From a bacterium (GTDB taxonomy: Bacteria > 4484-113), in assembly GCA_021163765.1 (NCBI GenBank), contig JAGGTK010000053.1:8017-72016 (forward strand): a DNA stretch of 64,000 nucleotides, written 5' to 3'. The translations under genes were made by a program, and so were the position numbers. The notes under the pieces are model-generated. The model made no database searches. It saw nothing but the letters and a program-made list of their open reading frames with translations, and was not told the DNA's origin. Below are positions 39,132 through 48,477 of the stretch, piece by piece; the stretch's first letter is position 1; each line of letters starts with the position of its first letter.

Positions 39132-41597
39132 ATGGGAGGAGAATTAATGGACAGTGACCCGAAAGGTGACGGACTGCGAGTAGGCGTCTTCGTATGTGAT
39201 TGCGGCCTTAACATCGCGGGGACGGTCGACACCCAGGCAGTGACAGATTACGCGGCAACTCTTCCAGACGTCGTGTGCGCCATCCGGAACCGCTACACCT
39301 GTGCTGATCCGGGGCAGAACGAAATCAAGAAAGCCATTGCCGAGCACCGCCTGAACCGAGTAGTTATCGCTTCCTGCACCCCGTTACAGCACGAGCCCAC
39401 ATTCCGGACCTGCGTCGCTGAGGCAGGCCTTAATCGTTACCTCATGGAAATGGCCAACCTGAGGGAACAATGCTCCTGGGTACATCCCAGCGACATGGAG
39501 GGCGCTACCAGAAAGGCGAAAGACCTGGTAGCAGGCGCAGTGGCACGGGCACGAAATCTGCAGCCGCATGACGACCTGTCGGTTCCTGTCACCAAGCGCG
39601 CGCTTGTCATCGGGGGAGGTATAGCCGGCATGGAAGCTGCGCTCGAGCTGGCCGACTCGGGGCATCAAGTGGTACTGGTTGAAAAGGAGGCATCCATCGG
39701 TGGGATTATGGCTCAACTGGACAAAACATACCCCACCATGGATTGCTCCATATGAATTCTCGGCCCTAAGGCCATAGATGTCGGTCGACATCCAAACATA
39801 GAACTCCTAACCTACAGCGAGGTAGTGAATGTATCGGGCTACATCGGTAACTTTACGGCGGAAATCCGCCGGAAGGCGCGCTATGTGGACCCGGAGGCAT
39901 GCACCGCATGTGCGGAGTGCGCCCAGGTGTGCCCGGTGGTGAAACCCGACGAGTATCAGATGGGGCTATCCTCCCGGAAAGCCATCTACATTCCCTACCC
40001 CCAGGCGGTGCCATCCTCCTACATCCTTAATATGGAAGATTGCCTGGGAACCAATCCCATCGCCTGTGGAAAGTGTGCCGAAGTATGCGAGCCGGACTGT
40101 ATCAATTATGATGACCGCGACATAATCGTCAAGCGTGATGTGGGTGCGGTAATCGTGGCAATCGGCGCTGACGTGTATGACCCCACCGAGATGGATGAAT
40201 ACGGCTACACGCGCTTCGACAATGTGATCACTTCCATGGAATTCGAGCGCCTAATATGCGCTGGTGGGCCGACGCTGGGCCACTTTGTGCGACCGAGTGA
40301 CCATGAGCGTCCGAAGCGCATCGGCTTCATACAATGTGTTGGATCCCGAAATCCTAGCATTGGGAGGCCCTACTGCTCCAATATCTGCTGCATGAACACC
40401 ATCAAGGACACTCTCCTGTTGGCTGACCATTACCCGGACGTAGAGTGCACCGTGTTTTACCAGGACATTAGAGCTTTCGGGAAGTCGTTTGAGGACATGT
40501 TCCAGCGCTCTAAGGAGGCTGGCACCCGTTATATCAGAGGAATACCGGGTGATATTGAAGAGGATACTGAAACCGGCAACCTCACCCTCATAGCAGAAAA
40601 CACCACTAGCGGCAAGATAGAGCGTCATGAGTTTGACATGGTTATCCTATCCGTTGGGGTCGGACCGCCCAAGGATCTTGCTAAAATCTCCAGTCTGCTA
40701 ACACTCTCCAAGACCTCGGATGGCTTCTTCATGGAGTCCCATCCGAAACTGAAGCCTGTTGATGCCCCCACGCGCGGAGTTTTCTTCTCTGGCTTTTGCG
40801 AATCCCCCAAAGACATCAAGGATTCTGTATGTCAGGCCGGTGCAGCTGCTTCACGCGCTGGCGCGCTGCTTAACGCGGGCCAGGTCCATATTGAGGCGAT
40901 TACCAGCGTGATTGACGCGGATGCCTGCAAGAAGTGCGGTGTATGTGCGAGCGTTTGCCCCTATGGCGCAATCACATGGAAGAAGGGCGAAGTGGCCGTT
41001 GTCATCGACGCCGCGTGCGCGGGCTGCGGAAACTGCGGCGCCGCCTGCAAATTCGACGCGATTACGATGCGCCACTTCACAGACGCGCAGTATATGGCTC
41101 AGATTCGCGCCATCCTGGCCGAAGACCCGCAGGACAAAGTCTTCGTGTTTGCGTGTAACTGGTGCTCATACAGCGGCGCGGATATGGCTGGCATTTCACG
41201 AATGCAATATCCGGCCTCCAATCGAATCGTAAGGACTATGTGCTCAGCGCGTGTCTCCGAGGATATGGTGCTTGAAGCGTTCCGTTGCGGCGCACCGGTG
41301 GTTCTCGTTTCCGGCTGCCATTACGCTGACTGCCACTATATCACTGCAAACAGGCAAACCGTTCAGCGCGTCCAGCGCCTGTGGAACAAGCTGGAGAAAG
41401 CCGGTGTCAGGCCGGAACGGCTGCAGCTCGAGTGGATTAGCGCCGCCGAGGGCCAGAAGTTCGCCAAGGTGATGGCCCAGATGGAGGAATTGCGAAAAAC
41501 GGTGACGGAGGAGGAAATCGAGTACACGATTGAGGCTCTAAAGCCAAAACCCAGGAAGCCTAAGAAGGAGAAGGAAGCTGCCGCAGTGGCCGGGTAG
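39132..41597 (+). CDS. HdrA-MvhD fusion flavoprotein, probable selenoprotein (in-frame UGA 39753-39755)
   Basis: single frame through 39132..39755 and 39825..41597; N-domain VFVCDCGLNIAG; [14 protein letters not shown]; YPTMDCSI-TGA-ILGP; inserted and C-terminal ferredoxin motifs; C-terminal MvhD domain (VFVFACNWCSYSGAD, VSGCHYADCHY). Confidence 0.78.
39777..39792 (+). promoter_or_regulatory. bacterial SECIS-like hairpin GATGTC-GGTC-GACATC starting 21 nt after the UGA codon
   Basis: perfect 6-bp stem with GGUC loop; same spacing and loop as the element at 34507. Confidence 0.65.
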
Positions 41598-41621
41598 CGG
41601 CTGACGGCCCGGAGGTCTCAT

Positions 41622-41798
41622 ATGGCAACAATGGAGAACTTCAAATGTATGTTGTGCGGTCACGAGTACCAGGAACTCGTTGAAGAAGGCGAGGACAAGG
41701 AACGCTCCTGTCCCAAGTGCCGTTCCAACAGCATTCGACATCTTAAGAAACGCGCCTCGCAGGGTGATTCCGATGACAAAGGCAAGAAAACCGAATAA
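41622..41798 (+). CDS. FmdB-family zinc-ribbon protein (58 aa), below the 60-aa ORF-track threshold
   Basis: MATMENFKCMLCGHEYQELVEEGEDKERSCPKCRS (CxxC-n17-CxxC); GGAGG RBS 6 nt upstream; overlaps hdrC start by 26 nt in another frame. Confidence 0.6.
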   Translation: MATMENFKCMLCGHEYQELVEEGEDKERSCPKCRSNSIRHLKKRASQGDSDDKGKKTE

Positions 41799-42294
41799 CG
41801 ACGATGTCGTAAAGGTAGACTTCGACTTCAGGCGCCAGCTCGCCAAGAAAGTCGAGGGCAACCTGGCCAGCTTTTGTTATCAGTGCGGGGCCTGCGTGGG
41901 CGATTGCCCTGCCGCAACCTACAGTGACGAGTTCAACCCCCGGGAGATAATGCTCAAAGTGTTATACGGACTTGGCGAGGAACTGCTGGTGGAGAACTCA
42001 GTATTGTGGCAGTGCACCAACTGCTACAACTGCGCAGAGCGATGCCCCCAGGACGTTAAGCCGGTCGAGGTCATCATCTCGCTGAAGAATATGCTCGCGG
42101 ACCTGAATATCTATCCCCCTACCGTGGAAAAGATCATCGGCACATTTGAGAAAACCGGCCGTACAACTCCCCTAAGCCCTGCGGTGGACCGGCAGCGCGA
42201 GCGGTTTGGGCTGCCACCGATGAAGCCTGTCCCCATGGACGAGATCAGCAAGCTTCTTGAGCCTGCATCCGATGAGGAGGATGATGCAGAGTGA
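41773..42294 (+). CDS. hdrC: heterodisulfide reductase subunit C-like (2x[4Fe-4S])
   Basis: CYQCGACVGDCP and CTNCYNCAERCP; likely start ATG 41773 (ORF open from 41680). Confidence 0.8.
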   Translation: MTKARKPNNDDVVKVDFDFRRQLAKKVEGNLASFCYQCGACVGDCPAATYSDEFNPREIMLKVLYGLGEELLVENSVLWQCTNCYNCAERCPQDVKPVEVIISLKNMLADLNIYPPTVEKIIGTFEKTGRTTPLSPAVDRQRERFGLPPMKPVPMDEISKLLEPASDEEDDAE

Positions 42295-43181
42295 AGCCCT
42301 TTGCATTTTTCCCCGGCTGCCTGATTCCTGTTCGCTATCCGGCGATGGAGTTCGCCATCCGCCAGACCTTGCCCAAGCTGGGCATCGAAATAGTTGACCT
42401 TGAAGGCGCGTCCTGCTGCCCTGACCCAATCTACTTCAAGTCCAAGGACAAGGTCGCGTGGCTCTCCGTTGCTGCGCGCAACCTTACGCTGGCCGAAGAT
42501 CTGGGCCTAGATGTGTTCACTAACTGCTCCGGTTGCACTGCAACGCTTTCGGAGGCTTACCACCTTCTGAAGAACGACGAACTCAGAGAAAAGGTCAACA
42601 GGCGACTTAAAAAGATTGGCCGCAAGTACAAGGGCACGAGCAGAGTCCGGCACGTTGCGACCCTTGTTCGTGATGAAGCAGGCTACGACGCGGTGCGTGA
42701 ATCGGTCGTGCGCCCGCTGGACGGTATGAAAATGGCCATTCACTACGGCTGCCACCTGCTGAAGCCGAGCAAGATTATGAACGTAGACGACCCCAACAAC
42801 CCTGAAGTCCTGGAAAAAATGGTAGAAGCTATTGGCGCCACTCCGGTGCGCCATCGCAACTGGTATCTCTGTTGCGGAAAGGCCTGCCAGCATGAGGCTA
42901 TTCCCCTGAATATGATGCATGCCCTGCTGGGCACGGTGAAGGACGTGGAAGCGGAAATCCTGTGCCTAATCTGTCCAACCTGCTTCAGCCAATTCGATCA
43001 CGGCCAGATGAAGGTCGCCAAGCACTTCAACGACGATTACCACATCCCGCCGGTATACTACTTCCAATTGCTAGCTTACGCACAGGGCATTCCCTATGAT
43101 AAGCTTGGGTTTGACCGCCAGCGGTTCAAGCCTGAAAGCCTGCAACGCTTTGCAACCTCATCGGCACAGGTGGAAAATTGA
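42291..43181 (+). CDS. hdrB: heterodisulfide reductase subunit B-like (two CCG domains)
   Basis: GASCCPDP and YLCCGKAC CCG motifs; GTG start overlapping hdrC stop (GTGA). Confidence 0.82.
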   Translation: MKPFAFFPGCLIPVRYPAMEFAIRQTLPKLGIEIVDLEGASCCPDPIYFKSKDKVAWLSVAARNLTLAEDLGLDVFTNCSGCTATLSEAYHLLKNDELREKVNRRLKKIGRKYKGTSRVRHVATLVRDEAGYDAVRESVVRPLDGMKMAIHYGCHLLKPSKIMNVDDPNNPEVLEKMVEAIGATPVRHRNWYLCCGKACQHEAIPLNMMHALLGTVKDVEAEILCLICPTCFSQFDHGQMKVAKHFNDDYHIPPVYYFQLLAYAQGIPYDKLGFDRQRFKPESLQRFATSSAQVEN

Positions 43182-43215
43182 TCAGTGATATCTGTCAATC
43201 CTGGAGAGTAACGAA

Positions 43216-43776
43216 ATGAGCACTACTGAACTTCGAGTCAGCGGCTTTGGCGGCCAGGGCGTGATTCTCTGCGCCTATATCATCGGCCGCGCTGCGGCGC
43301 TACATGACGGGAGACATGCCACGCTTACCCAGAGCTTTGGCCCTGAGGCCCGCGGCAGCGCGTGTAGCGCCCAGGTAATCCTGTCCGATGACCCTGTTCT
43401 ATATCCGTACGTGCAGCATCAGAATGCCCTTGTCTGCATGTCCCAAGAGGCTTATGACAAGTTCGAGCCGGAGACAGACACCGACGGCATCCTGCTTTAC
43501 GAGGAGGAGCTTGTCACGCCCCACGAACCGCGCGCCGACATGAAAGTGTACGGTATTCCAGCCACCCGAATCGCTGAGGAACTCGGGCGAATAATCGTGG
43601 TTAATATCGTGATGCTCGGCTTCTTTACAGCGACTACAGGTCTGCTCCCAATGGAGGCGGCCCGCAAAGCGGTTGAAGAATCTGTTCCTGAAGGCACCGA
43701 GAAACTCAACCTGGCCGCTTTCGACCGTGGCTATGAATACGGAATTAAGCTGGTTGAAGAAAAAGCAGCGAAGTGA
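43216..43776 (+). CDS. 2-oxoacid:ferredoxin oxidoreductase gamma subunit (second copy, separated from D-A-B by the Hdr module)
   Basis: VSGFGGQGVIL gamma-family motif, paralog of 4289..4852. Confidence 0.85.
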   Translation: MSTTELRVSGFGGQGVILCAYIIGRAAALHDGRHATLTQSFGPEARGSACSAQVILSDDPVLYPYVQHQNALVCMSQEAYDKFEPETDTDGILLYEEELVTPHEPRADMKVYGIPATRIAEELGRIIVVNIVMLGFFTATTGLLPMEAARKAVEESVPEGTEKLNLAAFDRGYEYGIKLVEEKAAK

Positions 43777-43846
43777 ACAAATCAGCTATCCGTTTTTATA
43801 GTTGACGCTGGCGGAATCCCTAAGCCTCTATGCTATTCTAGATTAC

Positions 43847-44692
43847 ATGCCACAGAAGGTTACCAGGCTGTCCGCTACGAAAATATCCACTTTCGAACAG
43901 TGTGCTAAATACTATGAGTTTCAGTATGTGCACCGGGCCAAAAGGTCGTTCACGCCCATCGAATGGGAAGTTGGCAGCATTGTCCACGATATTATCGCCA
44001 GGCTGTTCAGGCAAATCAGGGATAAGCAACGTGGCACAATCCCCAAGCTCGGCAATGCGGAATGGTACCGCCCGCTTCTGGCCGACGCCACCTCGAATCT
44101 GCGGAACCAGGTAGACGAGGGAATTGTGCGCATTGTTAGGCCCGATGAAAGGATGCAATCATACGAGGAGCAGATGGACAACGCGCTAGGCACGTTCACT
44201 GCCAAGGCCCTGCCCTTGCTTCATGACCACAAGATTGTGGGCGTGGAAGCAGACCTAGGGCGGTTTAATCTGGATGGGATTCAGATAGATGGACGACTTG
44301 ACCTTATAACTCAATCTGGCGGCAACCTTTACGTGCACGACTGGAAGACCGGCGGTCGCCGCGACGAGGATGCGCGCCAGGCTAAAATATACTACTTCGC
44401 ATCCAAGGACAAGTACCGCCAACCAGCTACGACATTCACGCTCTACTACCTGGCAGAAGCAGGTGATATCGTCACATCTTATACCTTCAGCCAGGAACAG
44501 CGGGCGCTGCTTAGCGCCGAGATTGCTGACATCGCTGCGCGGATAAACGCTCTTGAAACATATCAGGCCCGAGTTTCGGTCTTATGCCACTGGTGCCCCT
44601 ACGGGCCCCAATGCGACGAAGGAAACGCGTATATGTCCGCCCATCCTCCACCAGTGAAGAAAGACCAGATAGACCTGGGCCTGGTAACGTGA
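43847..44692 (+). CDS. Cas4-like / RecB-family PD-(D/E)xK nuclease with Fe-S cysteine cluster (no adjacent cas genes)
   Basis: N-terminal Cys (FEQCAKYY), DGRLDLI..LYVHDWKTG core, C-terminal CHWCPYGPQC (CX2CX5C); ATG 43847 preferred over 43802. Confidence 0.65.
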   Translation: MPQKVTRLSATKISTFEQCAKYYEFQYVHRAKRSFTPIEWEVGSIVHDIIARLFRQIRDKQRGTIPKLGNAEWYRPLLADATSNLRNQVDEGIVRIVRPDERMQSYEEQMDNALGTFTAKALPLLHDHKIVGVEADLGRFNLDGIQIDGRLDLITQSGGNLYVHDWKTGGRRDEDARQAKIYYFASKDKYRQPATTFTLYYLAEAGDIVTSYTFSQEQRALLSAEIADIAARINALETYQARVSVLCHWCPYGPQCDEGNAYMSAHPPPVKKDQIDLGLVT

Positions 44693-44693
44693 G

Positions 44694-45620
44694 TTACGCT
44701 GGCTGGCTCACCAGGTAGTTAAAACTGTGAGCCTCGGTGATGGGATGGCTGAAGCTACGGCTTCTACGGTTCATTGCCTCGAGCATCTTTCCCAGTCCTT
44801 TTAGCATCGCAACGTCACGCACAATGAGAAGCCATAGGTGCATATGCTGGCAATGGCTAAGAAACTCGCTCATCCAGTCGATGTAGTCATCCTCGCTATC
44901 GAAATGGGAGCCGAAGAAATATCCCGAAGGCAGGATACCAGGCAGACTGAACTGCTCATTTACCAATACTTCGCGCACCTGAATAAAAGGCGGCAGCGCC
45001 CCGTAACCTTGCGCAGGGGGGACATCTACGATAAGTACACGCGCCGCTATGTTCTCAAGGGTTTCCCGGTCAATACGCTGATAGGATTCATTAACCTCAC
45101 GATTCGATCTGAAGGGTCGCTTTATTTCGCGCAGGTAGAATCTCACAGCTTCAGACAAACGAAGTCCTCGGTCATTCGGGCCGCTATTTATGAGGTAATA
45201 CTTGGCCAGGTGCCACAGGAAGTAATGCAGCGTTGCGCGATGGTAACGCGTACGGTCGAAAACTGGGAGCTTCTTAATCTCTCTTTCATACTCGCAGAAT
45301 CCAGATGGAAGCATAACGCCGTTACGCTTTACCGCTTCGCTCTGCGACGCGTCAAAGTCCATTACGTCAGCCAGCTGCTGAATCCGCCTCAAATCGACGT
45401 TTGAGAGGAGGAACCTGTCATTCTCTATCAGCGCCAAATCGTACTCGTAAGCCCCCGGTAACACGGTATTGGTGATGACACGAACCCGGAAGTTGCGTTT
45501 GATGAACTGCTCGGTGTTTCCCACAACAGTATTTAGATAGACGACGTTGGTGTGGCGGTAGAATCTCAGCGTATCGCTGAAGAAATGCGGGAACGTCGCA
45601 AACTCAATAGAGTTGCACAT
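44694..45620 (-). CDS. hypothetical protein (308 aa), convergent with and abutting the nuclease gene
   Basis: long ORF without recognisable motifs apart from a VDVPPAQGYG segment. Confidence 0.45.
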   Translation of the reverse strand: MCNSIEFATFPHFFSDTLRFYRHTNVVYLNTVVGNTEQFIKRNFRVRVITNTVLPGAYEYDLALIENDRFLLSNVDLRRIQQLADVMDFDASQSEAVKRNGVMLPSGFCEYEREIKKLPVFDRTRYHRATLHYFLWHLAKYYLINSGPNDRGLRLSEAVRFYLREIKRPFRSNREVNESYQRIDRETLENIAARVLIVDVPPAQGYGALPPFIQVREVLVNEQFSLPGILPSGYFFGSHFDSEDDYIDWMSEFLSHCQHMHLWLLIVRDVAMLKGLGKMLEAMNRRSRSFSHPITEAHSFNYLVSQPA

Positions 45621-46888
45621 CAGGCATCATCCTCCAGCTTCTCCACCTCTAAAGCGTCTTCTTCAAAGAACCGGGAAATGTCCGGGTCGAAGTAGCTGCC
45701 AAACCCATCCTCAATCACGTAACGAACCTGCTCGGCAGCAAAGTGCTTAGGTACAGATCGCAAATGCGTCAGCGCATCCGCAAGGTCACAAAGATGAAGA
45801 ACACGTGCGAGCAGCGGGATATCGTCCCCTTTTAGGCCGCCCGGGTAGCCGCATCCATTCCATCTCTCGTGGTGGTGGAGCACAGCCGCGACCACCTCGC
45901 TGAATCCGCTCAGTGGTTCAAGTATGGTCGCCGCATACTGAGGATGTTTCTGTATCACTTTGTACTCCATGTCGTTCAGCATACCTGGCTTATCCAGAAT
46001 CGAGTTCGGGATGCCGACTTTGCCGATATCGTGCAGGTTCCCTGCGATGACCAGAGTCTGCAACTCCTGCTCGGACAGCTTCATCTGCTCGCCCACTCGC
46101 TGGCACAAGCGCGCCACCCTTTTGCTGTGTAGCGCTGATTCCTTGTGCTTCGCTTCAAGCAAAGCGAGAAGAAAGTTCACGATGATACTGACATAGTCCT
46201 CACGCAACTGCGCAATGACGTCTTCCTGCAGTTCCATCGCGTTTAGAACCTCTTCATCTTCCGGTGAGCACTCGGTATCGTCGGCAAGCCCCTCTTCCGT
46301 CAGCTCTATCAACGGGCGAACAAGTGAAGGGTTAAACTGGATGCCCGCGAAGCGCATCAGTTCGCTATCCCAGTCTTCCGGCTTGCTGAAAAGACCACCC
46401 CGGCGTATGTTATCGAATGCATCGCAAAGCGAAACGATCTGGGCCAGCATCGGCGTCTCATCCATAGTCAGGCCCTCCGGATAGCCGGTGCCATCCCAGC
46501 GCTCGTGGTGCCACAGGATGAGACGCGCCGCAGTTGCAAGCACGGGGATCTGGCTGGCTATCTGCTGTCCGACAGCAGTGTGCGTAGTAAGGACCTGGAA
46601 CTCCTCCTCGCTCAGCTTCCCCTTCTTGTATAAAAGGCTGTCGGGAACACCTATCTCGCCGATATCGTGCAGCAATCCCGCGAAGTAGACCTGAGCCAGC
46701 GTTATCTGGTCGCTTATGCCGACTCTGCGCGCAAGCCGCAGGCAGTTCAGCGCCACACGGTCACTGTGTTGCGCATCCTTTTGCTCTACTAAATTCACTA
46801 CCCGCGATGTCGCCTCAAGAAGCTCGTGGAAAAGCCGCGCGTTCGGGTTGCGCCTGCCGTATTGCTCACTGAAGAATTCGTTAAACAT
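45620..46888 (-). CDS. tandem HD-GYP domain protein (putative c-di-GMP phosphodiesterase)
   Basis: two HD domains, each with HHERW(D/N)G(T/C)GYP motif. Confidence 0.82.
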   Translation of the reverse strand: MFNEFFSEQYGRRNPNARLFHELLEATSRVVNLVEQKDAQHSDRVALNCLRLARRVGISDQITLAQVYFAGLLHDIGEIGVPDSLLYKKGKLSEEEFQVLTTHTAVGQQIASQIPVLATAARLILWHHERWDGTGYPEGLTMDETPMLAQIVSLCDAFDNIRRGGLFSKPEDWDSELMRFAGIQFNPSLVRPLIELTEEGLADDTECSPEDEEVLNAMELQEDVIAQLREDYVSIIVNFLLALLEAKHKESALHSKRVARLCQRVGEQMKLSEQELQTLVIAGNLHDIGKVGIPNSILDKPGMLNDMEYKVIQKHPQYAATILEPLSGFSEVVAAVLHHHERWNGCGYPGGLKGDDIPLLARVLHLCDLADALTHLRSVPKHFAAEQVRYVIEDGFGSYFDPDISRFFEEDALEVEKLEDDA

Positions 46889-46894
46889 ACGGCC

Positions 46895-48469
46895 TTAGTT
46901 CTCCTCCACCGCTGCCATGCAAACTCGATTGCGCCCGCTGCGCTTGGCCTTATAGAGCGCCTTGTCCGCCATCTCCACGAGGCTGTTTCTGTTAACAGCC
47001 ATCTGCGGGAAAAGCGCAACACCCACACTGACAGTCACCGGCAACTTCAAGCCGTTGTATTCGAAATCGTGCTCCTCAACGAGTGACCTGATCTTCTCGC
47101 CAACCACCAGCGTCACGTCATAGTCAGCCTGCGGGATGATGATTGCAAACTCCTCCCCGCCGTACCGTGAAATGATTTCAGTCGCGCGCAAGCCTTCATT
47201 TAGCACCTTGCAGAGCTCCACGAGCACATAGTCGCCGACCTGATGCCCGTACGAGTCGTTTATCTGTTTAAAATGGTCGATATCGACCATAGCCAGCCCG
47301 ACCGAATGGCTGTAGCGCGACGCCCTCGTGAGCTCTATCTCCATGAATGTCTCGAACTGGCGCCGGTTATTTACCCCTGTGAGAGGGTCAGTTGTGGCCA
47401 TTTCCTTCAGCCGGTTCGTAAGAATAACATTCCCCACTATCTGGCGCAGCGTTCCTCCGAAAGTGGTCAGAAACCTGAAGTCCTCCTCTGTGAAGTCTGG
47501 CGGGTCGGTACGGTTCACAAATATAAGACCGTAATTCTCATCGTCAATATGGAGGTCGTAAGTCATATACGAGTGAGCCGCGCAGATCTTGGTCAGCGGG
47601 TTATCGAGGTCGAAATCAAGGATACGCTGGACCTTGGGGGTCGGTGGGTTAGCGTGGAAGCGCGGATAGTAATCCTCCAGCATCTCGTTTATCTCGCGCT
47701 CCTTGTGCTGGACACCCCAGTAAAAGCCTTGCTTTATGACGCTTTCAAAAGCGCTCAGCACCTGTGGGTCCAGGCTGGGATGCATTTTTTCTCCAAATAT
47801 CTCAAGAATATGTGCGGGTTCCTGCCTTGTACGCTCCTGCCCGCTAAGCTTGCTGTAGATCACGCGGAAGAACTGCGAGTGGAAAAAAGCCACACCGTCA
47901 TCGGCTTGCAGAATCGTCATTAGCTTCGCCAGAAGCCTCTCCGGAATCTGTGCATCCCGCACGAGATTCGATTCGCTCATCTGCGACACTTGTCCCAGCA
48001 GTGAGAGTTCCTCAACCTGCCTGAAGAGAACGTTCTCCTGAAGACGCATGTAATCCTGAAAGAGCTTGACCCGCACTTCGTCACTCGTGAACTTCAGGTA
48101 AGTCTCCTCTACTAAGTCACGAGACCTCTCCGGGCTGGGGTTCGCGGTTACGTATTCCACAAGCGTAATGAAGGTGTGCTCCCCGAGAAGCGACACTTCA
48201 TTTATTCGTAGCTGCAAATGCAGGTTCCTTGTAGCGAGCCGTATTAGCGTTAGCAGGAAATAGCCAAGGTCTCCTTCTCCCAGTGATTTAACCGCGGATG
48301 AGACCAATTGGCGAAGCACTCTGATTGATTCCTCTTTCTCCAAAAACTCCAGCAACTCACCGCAACGCTGGCAGATTTGTTCGGTTATTTCCCCCTCATG
48401 GGTCTTGAGATGAAGCGCTACCTCCAGGCGTTCATCGCGTCCAAATGTAGCTATTTCAACAGCAGTCAT
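46895..48469 (-). CDS. GGDEF-domain diguanylate cyclase with N-terminal sensory region
   Basis: DPLTGVNNRRQFE and RYGGEEFAII (GGEEF) motifs. Confidence 0.82.
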   Translation of the reverse strand: MTAVEIATFGRDERLEVALHLKTHEGEITEQICQRCGELLEFLEKEESIRVLRQLVSSAVKSLGEGDLGYFLLTLIRLATRNLHLQLRINEVSLLGEHTFITLVEYVTANPSPERSRDLVEETYLKFTSDEVRVKLFQDYMRLQENVLFRQVEELSLLGQVSQMSESNLVRDAQIPERLLAKLMTILQADDGVAFFHSQFFRVIYSKLSGQERTRQEPAHILEIFGEKMHPSLDPQVLSAFESVIKQGFYWGVQHKEREINEMLEDYYPRFHANPPTPKVQRILDFDLDNPLTKICAAHSYMTYDLHIDDENYGLIFVNRTDPPDFTEEDFRFLTTFGGTLRQIVGNVILTNRLKEMATTDPLTGVNNRRQFETFMEIELTRASRYSHSVGLAMVDIDHFKQINDSYGHQVGDYVLVELCKVLNEGLRATEIISRYGGEEFAIIIPQADYDVTLVVGEKIRSLVEEHDFEYNGLKLPVTVSVGVALFPQMAVNRNSLVEMADKALYKAKRSGRNRVCMAAVEEN

Positions 48470-48477
48470 AATTCACC

